Shown in pieces: positions 19,991 to 29,893 of a stretch of DNA of 64,000 bases. Below the pieces are notes generated by a model, which was not told the origin of the DNA, ran no database searches, and saw only the letters and a list, made by a program, of their open reading frames with translations. Location of the stretch: positions 1,376,001-1,440,000 of the forward strand of contig CAXXKT010000001.1 of the NCBI GenBank assembly GCA_963662405.2. The letters run 5' to 3'. A program made the position numbers and the translations under genes. Numbering within the stretch: position 1 is the first letter of the stretch; every line of letters starts with the position of its first letter. Origin of the DNA: Syntrophales bacterium. Lineage in GTDB: Bacteria > Desulfobacterota > Syntrophia > Syntrophales > UBA2210.

Positions 19991-22900
19991 TCAATCTTCG
20001 CAGTCGCAGGTCCAGATATCCGGCGTTGCCGGATTGCCGTCGTGATCGATCGCGGGATCTTCTGCAGGCCGTTGTGCCCGAGTGAAATTACAACCGAAAT
20101 CACCGGCGGACACCACATCGGGGTCGAGGATATTATCGCCTGCGGGAACGGTCCCGTTTTCCACCCAGGCGACCAGGTCGTCGAAGGCCTCGGCTGTTTC
20201 CTCGGCGTTCATGCCGCAGTGGGTGACGCTCCGTATGATCCGCGTGCGGAGAAGATCGCTTCTTCCCGCATCACGCACCCGTTGGGCATACAGCTTTTCA
20301 TGCGAGAAGGGGACGAAGAAATCGCCGATATCATGCATGGTCAGGACGGGGATGGTAATGTTCCCGTATACCGGATACATGATATCCTCGAAGTCGAAGA
20401 TATCACTGATTTGCACCCGCTGGATGGTGTTATTGAGGGCCACCTCCTCGGCGCTCTGGATGTCGAAGTCGTCATCGAGATGGTACTCATAATCCCCGTT
20501 GTCTATCGCGCTCCCGCGGCCGGCTCCCGCCCCCGGATCCATGGCAAACATGAGCCCCTGTGAGTTGATCTGGAAGTAGGCCATGTTCGAAAATGCGGCG
20601 TGGTAGATGGGCCTCTTTCCGCCCGAACGATACATGGATGCATCCTTGAAGGTCTCTCCGACGGCGTTCAATACCGCCGATTTGGCCGGAGTATACGCCG
20701 GGACTGGCGAAGCCGAGATCCATCCGAAACAACCATTGCCGGTTCGTACCAAGCCATCGAGGGGACCGAATACCGTTTCGAGAAATGTTCCGGCTTCAGG
20801 GAAACCGAAGGGAACGTCATAATTCAGTCCTGAGAAATAATTGGCCAGGAACGCCATTTCGGCGGAGAAACTGAACTGTTCCTGTCCGCCGCCCACGACA
20901 CCGCACAGCGGAAGCGCCCCGTCGTAGGCGTCGGGGTATTGGGTGACCGAACGGGCCGTGACATGACCGCCCATGGAGTGTCCCATGATATATGCCCGGT
21001 CGGCCGTGCCGAATCGGGTGTTGAACAGCCTGAGGAGTTCATGGGTGCCGATCACGCCGGTGGCGACGTTGTAGCCGTTTTCTCCGTAGGTCGATGATGC
21101 CCAGGCATACCCGTTTTCAACGAGGTGTGCCCTGATCGGGTCCGGGTTTGAAGCGCTCAGCTCGGGGACATCGCCCCGGTAGCCGTGGCAGTAGAGGACC
21201 AGATCGCCGCTCCAGTTATCGGGGATCTCGACCCGGTACCCGGCGATCTGATAGCCCGACCACGGATCCACGTAGTAGCCGTAGGTGCCGTAATAGGAAG
21301 TGGCGCCATCAAGGGCGTCGAATTGCAGGTGATCCCGCGCAACGAAGCGAAGCGTTTCCGCTGTCTGGGTCACCTGAGAGGCGGGGACGGCGCCCCACAC
21401 AGCGCTGAATGCGGGATCCCAGGTTGCGAGTTCCGCGGCAAGACCCGCGGTGACCTCATCGAAGGTCCATACGTCCGTTTCCATGGCGAGAAGCGCGTCA
21501 TTTGCATCGGCGTCGAAGGTGATGGTCTTGGCCTCGCCCTCTTCGTTCGACCAGGCTTCCCAGGCGAATCCGTCGTACGTGCCGGGATCGCCCGTTTGGA
21601 TGAAGTTCATCAGATAGGTTCCCATTGCGTTCTGCAGGGCCTTTCTTCCGGTTTCATTTGCGGGGATAAACGAGTAGCCGAAGAGAGAATCATCCGCCCC
21701 GAAGAAGAAGGGGATTTCCATGGCATGGGCCGCGCCGAAGATCTTGCGAAAATCTTCCATCGCGGGGATACCCCCGCCGGCCCACTGGAAGAGGTAGGCA
21801 TAGACATCTTCCTGGTTCTCGCGCAGCTCGGTCGTCAGCTCGGTGAGATACTTGGCCCTGAAACTGAGGGAACCGAACCACCCCGTTGCCTCATACAGTT
21901 GTTCCTCATTCTCGTTCGGGAATATGTCGGCATAGGTCCATTCGTTAGCCGGATCAAAGGTAGGATCGAAAATATCATAGACGTTGCTCCAACTCGCTTT
22001 ACCGAAAAGGGGCCCGTACAGGGGAACAAAATCGTTCCACTCGTTTTCGTTGAATCCGATGATGATCGGGACTTTATTGTAGATCCCCTGATGAAGGGCG
22101 TTGATCACGGTGTCGGGAAGGACATATCCGTCGGCGAAGGCGTTAAAGGTGGATACGGCGGCCGTTGCCCGGATCGTCACCAAAGGTGGTGATATTGTTT
22201 TTCACCCATTGCAGGGCCTGGATCTGGTCCAGGGTTCCGAAATTACCGGAATTGCTCATGTCGGTGATGTCGTCGTTTCTCAGATCGGTATGACGAAACC
22301 ATCCCATGGGACCGAGGCGGTATTGGATCTGGACCACAACGACATTTTGCTTCCCCGCCATGGTCATAGCGTATGCGTTGTAGGCTGCGGCGCCGCCGAA
22401 CTTGTTGGAGCCGCCGTGTATCCAGCAATACACGGGAAGGTCCGTGTCATCGGTATCAGGACGGAAGATATCGAGGGTCAGGCAATCCTCGCTGCCGATG
22501 ATCCGGCCGGACTGGTGCCAGGTTTGGTCCATCTCAAACTGGACGGAAGGGTATCCGCTGTCGATCGCCCACCGCGTTCCCGTCCATGGCTCGGGATCCT
22601 GAGGTGCTCTCCAGCGAAGATTTCCCACGGGCGGTTTTGCATAGGGGATGCCCCGCCATGCCGCGAAAGCGCCATCGGCATACCCACGAAGTTCGCCGCT
22701 TGTTACGGTTGCAAGCCGTACGGGTTTAAGTGAATTCTCAAGATGGGCCTGGGCGTCCGCAGCGTTCCGCAGGGCGCGGTCACCTGCGACGTCCGTATTC
22801 TCGAATGCATCGGCTGCATTGAGTGTGACAAGAATCTCTGCGACACCGGTATTATCCGAAAAGACATCGGGTGTCTGGTTGAAGTTGATGGCACCATTTG

Positions 22901-23360
22901 CATCGACGTAGGATGATATCGCATCGGTAATAGCGGCGGTGATCTGAATACCGTTGTTGAGATCACCATCGGCGTCGAGTGACTGGAGAAACCGGGCCAT
23001 GTTGATGACCGACTGGTCTGTCGCATCGGTGGCGCCGGGGACGAGATCGATAGGGGACAGGGTTTCACTGCCGGTTGCCGATCCCAGGGCAAGTGAACCA
23101 ATAAAGAAGCTCACCACCTCCCCGGTATAGTAGTGAAAGGTTCCCTCGGCATCGGTTGTCCCCGAAAGGGTCTCCCCCTGATAGGTGAGTCCCGAGACCG
23201 GGCTGTCTATAAAAACCCCGGACAATGGCGTTTTCCCGGAGCTGCTTCCGCTCCCGCAGCCGGTCAGGCCTGCGAGTCCCATGGCGAGGACAAAGAGGAT
23301 AAAAACGTACCCATTTTGTTTGAAAAACACTGATCGCATCTTTCCCATCGTGACTTTCAT
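19991..23360 (-). pseudogene. lipoprotein double hydrolase (N-module + type B carboxylesterase + second alpha/beta hydrolase), broken by an internal deletion and frameshift
   Basis: The 5' piece (ATG 23360, AAGGAGG RBS) has lipobox LTGC, GIPYAKPPVGNLRW, SEDCL, WIHGG and GNFGTLDQ, and stops after FGDDPGN. The GESxG nucleophile segment is absent. The 3' piece resumes in another frame at FADGYVLP, keeps AHAMEIPFFFG, and ends in a domain with HGY, GHSMGG, D and H. Confidence 0.8.
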
Positions 23361-23586
23361 ACCTCCTTTGCGTGATGTTGTGTTGTCAAAACCAACGCCG
23401 GCCACCCCCTCCGCGACGATCTACGTCTCCCCATGAGGATATGTCTCTGCATGGAGGGTAACAGGTGTAGACAGACCCCTCACTGCCTCTCGCGGCGCGA
23501 CGTTCTTACGCTGTACCGTTGTACGTTCCTATGGATACGAATGAAACTGAAGCTGTTATGTAAAGCTAATTGTTGTGGCGGAATCA

Positions 23587-23602
23587 GGCAAATACCTTGC
23601 CG
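23587..23602 (-). promoter_or_regulatory. possible sigma-54 (-24/-12) promoter upstream of esterase gene 1
   Basis: Minus strand CGGCAAG-GTAT-TTGCC has the GG-N10-GC spacing. The site is palindromic, so it also matches on the plus strand. Confidence 0.35.
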
Positions 23603-23767
23603 TATGGCGGGCACAGAGGCTGCCTGCGTTCCATGTTTCTTTCAGAATGAAATGAGGCTGAGAACAGCCAAGTGTTGATGCGCAGATTGATAATATACAT
23701 GACCGGTAATGTCAATGTTTTTTTAGAACAAATTCCCTGTGAGATTCAGTAAGATGATACTTTCCCC

Positions 23768-23796
23768 TTGCCGGGAAGAATGCCGGCGGCTATGAT
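23768..23796 (+). promoter_or_regulatory. putative sigma-70 promoter of the LhgO-family gene
   Basis: TTGCCG-17 nt-TATGAT, exactly conserved in the duplicate copy at about 32382-32410. Confidence 0.55.
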
Positions 23797-23807
23797 GCGC
23801 CGGTACG

Positions 23808-24938
23808 GTGAATGACGAAATGATCCAAACCACCTTTGACATAACGATCATCGGGGCGGGTGTTGTCGGGCTCGCCGTGGCGGAAGAACTCGCCGGCCGG
23901 TACGGCGCTGTGCTGCTCCTGGACAAGAACCCGAACTTCGGGATGGAGACCAGTAGCAGGCACAGCGGTGTCATCCACGCCGGGATCTACTATCCTCCCG
24001 GTTTCCTGAAGGCCGATTTATCCCGGGAGGGAAACCGTCTCCTCTACGAGATCTGTGAGCGGCGAGGTATTCCCCACCGGAAAACGGGAAAACTGATCGT
24101 GGCCGTGGATGATACGGAGAGCGCCGCCCTCCTGGAGATACACAATCAGGCGACCCGGAACGGCGTCGGCGATCTCTCCTTCATCTCGCGGAAACAACTT
24201 CACACATTGGAACCCGAAGTACGGGCACGTGAGGCCCTCTTCTCCCCTTCCACCGGGATCATTGATTCCCACGCCCTGATGAACTCCTTCTTGGTTACGG
24301 CCCGGTCCGCCGGTGCCGTCATCGTCTTTCGCTCGGAGGTCACCGGTATTGAACGTGCCGCAGACACCTATGACGTGCAGGTCAACGGCGGAGAATACCG
24401 GTTCGGGACACGGGTCCTGATCAACTGCGCCGGTCTGTACGCCGACCGGATCGCCGCGCTCGCGGGGATCGACATCGACGAGAGCGGCTACCGCATTCAA
24501 TACTGCAAGGGGGACTACTTTGCTGTATCTCCCGCTCCGAGACTTTCACACCTCGTCTATCCGGTACCCCAGGATCGGCAAGTGGGGCTCGGGGTGCACG
24601 CGACCCTTGACCTGGCCGGCCGGGTCAGATTCGGGCCGGACACGGAATATGTGACCAATTTGGCATATGCCGTTGACGAAACGAAGAGGAACGCCTTTTG
24701 GAAATCCATCAAGAGGTACCTGCCCGGTGTGCGAAGGGAACGGCTCCAGCCCGACACGAGCGGGATACGGCCGAAGCTCCAAGGACCGGAAGACCCCTAC
24801 CGGGACTTCGTTGTTACCGAGGAGAGCGGCAGGGGGTGTCCCGGCCTGATCAACCTGATCGGGATAGAATCCCCCGGTCTGACGGCATGTATACCGATGG
24901 CACGATATGTGGCACGACTTGTCGGTTTACATCTCTAA
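23808..24938 (+). CDS. FAD-dependent oxidoreductase, L-2-hydroxyglutarate oxidase (LhgO) family
   Basis: IIGAGVVG, ETSSRHSGVIHAGIYY, INCAGLYAD, GIRPKL, GIESPGLT. An alternative ATG lies at 23820. Confidence 0.9.
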   Translation: MNDEMIQTTFDITIIGAGVVGLAVAEELAGRYGAVLLLDKNPNFGMETSSRHSGVIHAGIYYPPGFLKADLSREGNRLLYEICERRGIPHRKTGKLIVAVDDTESAALLEIHNQATRNGVGDLSFISRKQLHTLEPEVRAREALFSPSTGIIDSHALMNSFLVTARSAGAVIVFRSEVTGIERAADTYDVQVNGGEYRFGTRVLINCAGLYADRIAALAGIDIDESGYRIQYCKGDYFAVSPAPRLSHLVYPVPQDRQVGLGVHATLDLAGRVRFGPDTEYVTNLAYAVDETKRNAFWKSIKRYLPGVRRERLQPDTSGIRPKLQGPEDPYRDFVVTEESGRGCPGLINLIGIESPGLTACIPMARYVARLVGLHL

Positions 24939-24992
24939 GGTGTAAGATAAAACAGACCCAGGCCCACCTTGAAAAATGTTGGTAATTTCGAT

Positions 24993-25313
24993 GGTAGTGT
25001 AAATAAAAGTTCGCAAATTGAGTTGTTGATGGAGGCCACCGATGTATACGATGCTCCAGTGGTCGAAACAACGAATGATGGAAGTTAAATCGGAGATGAA
25101 AGTGTGAGCGATCAAGGGAAAGCATAGTGATGAACGGACGACGCATTTTTCAGGGGCCCGTGTTCAGCGGTTTGATACCCGTTTGGGGACCTTGTATCTG
25201 TTGGTTCCGAAGCTTCGCCAGGGTGGGTATGTTCCCTTCTTTGTCGCGGAGAAGAAACGCTCCAGGCAGGCCCTGACCCAAGTAGTACAAGAGGTATGTA
25301 TCAATGGAGTCAA
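24993..25313 (+). mobile_element. IS256-family (mutator) transposase remnant
   Basis: Frame from 25042 reads MYTMLQW...KV*AIKGKHSDERTTHFSGARVQRFDTRLGTLYLLVPKLRQGGYVPFFVAEKKRS...EVCINGV, with an in-frame stop at 25105 and a truncated 3' part. A TIR-like GGTAGTGTAAATAAAAGTT lies at 24993. Confidence 0.75.
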
Positions 25314-25540
25314 ACCCAGGTTCACAGCCCTGCACGCCCGAGAAGTGGATCTATGAAACGTACACGATACAACACCCCTTGTCTCGCATATTAGAAAATA
25401 GAATTCTTGTCAAAAGATTTCAGGGCAATATATCTTCACAATCGGGCACATTTTGATCACAGACCAGACCGGAACTCTGTATCGAGGAATCTCTTCAAAT
25501 TCTTTTTCTTTGTGCTCCTGAAAAAGGAGTCACAGAAATC

Positions 25541-25578
25541 CAAGAGGGGCTCTCGCTGATCGGCGAGAGCCCCTCTTG
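25541..25578 (-). terminator. stem-loop terminator after esterase gene 2
   Basis: Perfect 16-bp inverted repeat CAAGAGGGGCTCTCGC/GCGAGAGCCCCTCTTG. Confidence 0.7.
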
Positions 25579-25608
25579 CGAAATATTACTGGATGTGGGT
25601 CGGTTTTC

Positions 25609-27603
25609 TTACGGGAAAACCGTTCCGTATCCGGCCTTCAGCTCCAATGTGTTTCCAAGGTCGAGGTATGTATCATTTGCCGTGGTATAGGGGGTCCAGT
25701 CGAGGACTCCCGGTATGCTCGGATCACCGGTCTTGGCGAAGTTGGTCCAGATCGTCATCGCAGTGTCTGCAACGTCCCAATCGGCGGCAGACCACCCGCA
25801 GGATAGAAATATGTCCGTGGGATCTCCCTGCGACCCCGTTACACCGTTGCCGTTTATGTCTCCGATGACCAGCGAGTTCCCGGTGGCCGGGTCGATCACC
25901 AGACCGAGGAGGTAGTGTGTGATCACACTTGTCGGAGAGTTGAACACATAGGCCAACTCACATCCATGGTAGGTCAAGACCCCCCTGGCCGCCCAGCCGT
26001 CAGGAACTTCGGTAAAGAAACAGGCATAGTGATTCTGGACACTAAAATCAGTCATCCAGGGAAAGACATTCTTCCAGGTCGCAATCGGCTCTTCTGTATC
26101 ATTCGTATTGGCAACAATCATGAAGGGGACGTCGTTGTGCGCACCGGTCTCTATGAGTTCCCGCTCGGTAGTGGTGAGATACCATCCGTCGACGTTGGTA
26201 TAGGGAACCACGGTTGTTGCCGAGGCGTAGTACAGGGACTGCCAGTCTATGGCACGCAGCTCCTCAAGGGTGGTAACGCCCAGGCTGTTCGACAGGGCCG
26301 TACCATACGCTTCTGCGGCTGCAAGGCTGCGAGTGTCCGGCCTCAGAGTCCCGCTTTGACTGATGGCCTTGTGGAAGAGTCCCGCGGCCTGAGGCGAAGC
26401 AAAAAGCGAAAAGGTCTTCCTGCCGCCTCCGGACTCACCGAAGATGGTCACGTTATCCGGGTTGCCACCGAAAGCTGCGATGTTGTCTTGGACCCATTCG
26501 AGCGCCGCGATCAGGTCCATCTGACCGTAGTTGCCCGAACCGCCGTACCCCGATTCTGCGGAGAGGAGCGGATGGGCCATGTACCCAAAGATATTCAGCC
26601 GGTGATTGACGGTGACGACGACGACACCCTTGGTGGTGAGCGCGGCAGGGTTATTAAAGGGTTTCGTGTTGCTGGTCAGGGCCGTGAAGCCGCCCCCGTG
26701 GAACCAAACCATGGTCGGGAGGTTCGAGGCACCCTTCGGCGTTGTGACATTGAGATAGAGACAGTCTTCGCTCATCCCTCCCTCACCATATTTTTGCAGG
26801 CCCGGATGCTGTGCGGCCTGGTCTCCCCAGGCGATGGCTTCACGCACACCTGTCCAGTCCTCGAGGGATTGTGGTGGTTGCCAGCGCAGATTGCCGACGG
26901 GCGGCTGGGCATAGGGGATCCCTAGGTATTGCCAGGTGGTCTCGTTCGCGGCATACCCCCTGACAGACCCGTACATTGTCTCCACCGTGTTGCGTTCGCT
27001 CAGGGAACGGGCGAGATGGTCCTGTGCATCACCGGCACTTTGCAGTGTCCGGTCCCGTGGATCAAGGTCTGTAAAGACCCCGGCCGCGTTCAGGTCGTCG
27101 AGGAGACCCGTGACGTTCGGATCCGCGGCAAAATCGGCCGTGGTCTGATTGAAATCGATTTGATAACGGCTGACGATGTCGGCGATGGCAGTAGTGATCC
27201 GGATCCCGTTGTTCAGATCCCCGTCCTGATCGAGGGTCTGCAAGAGGACACAGATGTTGGTGACCGTCGAATCTGTTCCATCCACAGCCCCCGCCACGAG
27301 GTCGATGGGGGAAAGCCGATCGTTCCCGGTGGCGGTACCCAGGGCACAGGTGCCGATGGAGAAGCTCACCGTCTCGCCGATGAAATACTTGAAGGTCCCG
27401 TCGGTATCGGTTGTACCGGAGAGGGTGTCACCCTGATAGGTGAGACCCGATACCGCACTGTCCGTAAAGGTCCCCGACAGCGGCGTCTTCCCCGCACTGC
27501 TCCCGCTCCCACAACCGGTGAAGGATGCAAGTGTCAGCACCAGAACGAACAGGATGCCGGCGTACCTGATCCCCGTAAAAAATGTCTTGCGCATCTTTTT
27601 CAT
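25609..27603 (-). CDS. lipoprotein type B carboxylesterase with N-terminal accessory module (esterase 2)
   Basis: Lipobox FTGC, GIPYAQPPVGNLRW, SEDCLYLNV, WFHGGG, GESGG nucleophile, HGCELAYVF, WTNFAKTGDP. Confidence 0.9.
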   Translation of the reverse strand: MKKMRKTFFTGIRYAGILFVLVLTLASFTGCGSGSSAGKTPLSGTFTDSAVSGLTYQGDTLSGTTDTDGTFKYFIGETVSFSIGTCALGTATGNDRLSPIDLVAGAVDGTDSTVTNICVLLQTLDQDGDLNNGIRITTAIADIVSRYQIDFNQTTADFAADPNVTGLLDDLNAAGVFTDLDPRDRTLQSAGDAQDHLARSLSERNTVETMYGSVRGYAANETTWQYLGIPYAQPPVGNLRWQPPQSLEDWTGVREAIAWGDQAAQHPGLQKYGEGGMSEDCLYLNVTTPKGASNLPTMVWFHGGGFTALTSNTKPFNNPAALTTKGVVVVTVNHRLNIFGYMAHPLLSAESGYGGSGNYGQMDLIAALEWVQDNIAAFGGNPDNVTIFGESGGGRKTFSLFASPQAAGLFHKAISQSGTLRPDTRSLAAAEAYGTALSNSLGVTTLEELRAIDWQSLYYASATTVVPYTNVDGWYLTTTERELIETGAHNDVPFMIVANTNDTEEPIATWKNVFPWMTDFSVQNHYACFFTEVPDGWAARGVLTYHGCELAYVFNSPTSVITHYLLGLVIDPATGNSLVIGDINGNGVTGSQGDPTDIFLSCGWSAADWDVADTAMTIWTNFAKTGDPSIPGVLDWTPYTTANDTYLDLGNTLELKAGYGTVFP
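26982..27576 (-). repeat. about 595-bp near-identical 5' module, copy in esterase 2
   Basis: Aligns by eye to 29137-29731 with about a dozen substitutions. Confidence 0.9.
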
Positions 27604-27686
27604 TATACCTTCTCCTTTTTGGATAGATTACAGAATTTCTTTATCGGGATGTATCGCTCCTTTCGTGACAGTGGGAGCGGTCAGAA

Positions 27687-27720
27687 GAGTGGGCCTGAGC
27701 CGGTCGGCACGGGCCCACTC
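27687..27720 (-). terminator. stem-loop between esterase 3 and esterase 2
   Basis: GAGTGGGCC...GGCCCACTC with an inner GCCG/CGGC stem. Confidence 0.5.
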
Positions 27721-27757
27721 GTTTCCTGCGGCAGATGGTGTCCTCGCTGGTGGACCG

Positions 27758-29758
27758 CTACCAGGCGGATATGCCGGTGTTGACTGTCGGTGTCACATCG
27801 ATCTCGACGTAGGTGTCGTTGGCCGTTGTGTAGACCGGCCAATCGAACCCGGTGATGCTGGGATTCCCCGTCTTGGCGAAGTTCGTCCACATGGTCATGA
27901 TGGTGTCCACCACGATCTCATCATCGGCATTCCACCCCATGGAGAGATAGATATCCACCGTATCTCCGGCAACCCCGTTGCCATTGAGATCGCCGATCTC
28001 AGGTATGGTGCCGGCCGGAGTCAGGACCAGACCAAGCGCAAAGTTGCTGACCAGACCCATCTTATAATTGAACAGATAGGGGAGTTCACCGCCGTGCCCG
28101 CTCAACAGGCCCATCGCTTCCCAGCCGGGAGGAACGCGCCTGAAGTCATAGACAAACATGTTGGATTGGTAAAACGGCTCCAGCTGGGCGACAAAAATCG
28201 GCAGTGCCGCCCGTAAATGGGGATAGTCGCCCGAGGTGACGCCGACCATAAAGGGTACGTCACCGGGGACGCCGTCGAGCATGTTCTGATAGTACGGTTT
28301 CGGCAGATAATAGTAGTCACAATTCGGCCGGTAGGTTTCCCGGGGGATCCCGGCGGCCAGTTCGGCCTGAATAATAGCCGTCCACGGTAAGGAACGAGCC
28401 TCTTCCAGTGTGGTCGCTCCCATCCCCTCAAACATGGCGGTTCCAAGGGCCTCCGCGGCCGCAAGGGACGCGGCGCTGGTGCTGGCCGGCGAGGTCGGGC
28501 TGGCGCCGCTCTGGCAGACGGCCTTGTGGAAGAGTCCCTCGGCCTGGGGGGACATCATCAGGCAGTACGTCTTGCCTCCGCCCCCTGACTGGCCGAATAT
28601 GGTGACGCTGTCCGGGTTGCCGCCGAAAGCTGCGATGTTGTCTTGGACCCACTCAAGCGCGGCCACCAGGTCCATCTGGCCGTAGTTGCCGGAACCGTTA
28701 TAACCCGATTCCGCGGTCAGAAGCGGATGGGCTATGTACCCGAACGGTCCCAGGCGGTGGTTGACGGTAACCACCACAACACCTTTGGTCGTCAGACCGG
28801 TGGGGTTGTTATACTGTACGGAGTTGTTCGACAGGATCGTGAATGCGCCCCCGTGGAACCAGACCATGACCGGGAGGTTCGAGGCACCCTTCGGCGCCGT
28901 GACATGCAGGTAGAGGCAGTCCTCGCTCATCCCCCCTTTGTTGATCGATTGATACGCCGGATTCTGGGGTGCCTGGTCTCCCCAGGCGATGGCGTCCCGC
29001 ACGCCTTCCCAAGCCTCGGGTGGTTGCGGTGGTCTCCAGCGAAGATCACCGATGGGCGGCTGGGCATAGGGAATACCAAGGTACTGCCAGGTATTCGCGT
29101 TCGCGGCATACCCCTTCACGGAACCAGAGGTGGTCACCACCGTGTTGCGTTCGCTCAGGGAACGGGCGAGATGGTCCTGTGCATCACCGGCACTTTGCAG
29201 TGTCCGGTCCCGTGGATCAAGGTCTGTAAAGACCCCGGCCGCGTTCAGGTCGTCGAGGAGACCCGTGACGTTCGGATCCGCGGCAAAATCGGCCGTGGTC
29301 TGATTGAAATCGATTTGATAACGGCTGACGATGTCGGCGATGGCAGTAGTGATCCGGATCCCGTTGTTCAGATCCCCGTCCTGATCGAGGGTCTGCAAGA
29401 GGACACAGATGTTGGTGACCGTCGGATCCGTTCCGTCCACAGCCCCCGCCACGAGGTCGATGGGGGAAAGCCGATCGTTCCCGGTGGCGGCACCCAGGGC
29501 ACAGGTGCCGATAGAGAAGCTCACCGTATCGCCGATGAAATACTTAAAGGTCCCGTCGGTATCGGTTGTACCGGAGAGGGTGTCACCCTGATAGGTAAGA
29601 CCCGATACCGCACTGTCCGTAAAGGTCCCCGACAGCGGCGTCTTCCCCGCACTGCTCCCCCCTCCACAACCGGTGAAGGATGCAAGTGTCAGCACCAGAA
29701 CGAACAGGATGCCGGCGTACCTGACCCCCGTGAATAATGTTTTGCGCATTTCTCTCAT
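27758..29758 (-). CDS. lipoprotein type B carboxylesterase with N-terminal accessory module (esterase 3)
   Basis: Lipobox FTGC, SEDCLYL, WFHGGA, GQSGG nucleophile, HGGELPYLF, WTNFAKTGNP. Start set at ATG 29758, behind AAGGAGG. Confidence 0.9.
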   Translation of the reverse strand: MREMRKTLFTGVRYAGILFVLVLTLASFTGCGGGSSAGKTPLSGTFTDSAVSGLTYQGDTLSGTTDTDGTFKYFIGDTVSFSIGTCALGAATGNDRLSPIDLVAGAVDGTDPTVTNICVLLQTLDQDGDLNNGIRITTAIADIVSRYQIDFNQTTADFAADPNVTGLLDDLNAAGVFTDLDPRDRTLQSAGDAQDHLARSLSERNTVVTTSGSVKGYAANANTWQYLGIPYAQPPIGDLRWRPPQPPEAWEGVRDAIAWGDQAPQNPAYQSINKGGMSEDCLYLHVTAPKGASNLPVMVWFHGGAFTILSNNSVQYNNPTGLTTKGVVVVTVNHRLGPFGYIAHPLLTAESGYNGSGNYGQMDLVAALEWVQDNIAAFGGNPDSVTIFGQSGGGGKTYCLMMSPQAEGLFHKAVCQSGASPTSPASTSAASLAAAEALGTAMFEGMGATTLEEARSLPWTAIIQAELAAGIPRETYRPNCDYYYLPKPYYQNMLDGVPGDVPFMVGVTSGDYPHLRAALPIFVAQLEPFYQSNMFVYDFRRVPPGWEAMGLLSGHGGELPYLFNYKMGLVSNFALGLVLTPAGTIPEIGDLNGNGVAGDTVDIYLSMGWNADDEIVVDTIMTMWTNFAKTGNPSITGFDWPVYTTANDTYVEIDVTPTVNTGISAW
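29137..29731 (-). repeat. about 595-bp near-identical 5' module, copy in esterase 3
   Basis: Aligns by eye to 26982-27576 at an offset of 2155. Confidence 0.9.
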
Positions 29759-29893
29759 AGCCCTTGTTTCCTCCTTCACATGTAGCAGTATTTTTTAGAT
29801 GATGAAAACGGTGAGAATCACTTTCATATTTGTTGTCGGTTCCTCTGAATCGTTGAAGCAGCATGACGTAAAAATGCAAAAAACCATTTCATG

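Noticed and set aside
22143..22183. Programmed ribosomal frameshift joining the two esterase 1 ORFs
   Set aside because: There is no slippery sequence, and joining the frames would still leave the catalytic serine segment missing.
23400..23580. Riboswitch in the long leader of esterase gene 1
   Set aside because: I could not match the conserved core of any riboswitch class by eye.
25915..29737. Long plus-strand ORFs (336, 284, 258 and 364 aa) that repeat each other
   Set aside because: They are antisense shadows of the esterase genes, and their similarity only mirrors the duplicated module.
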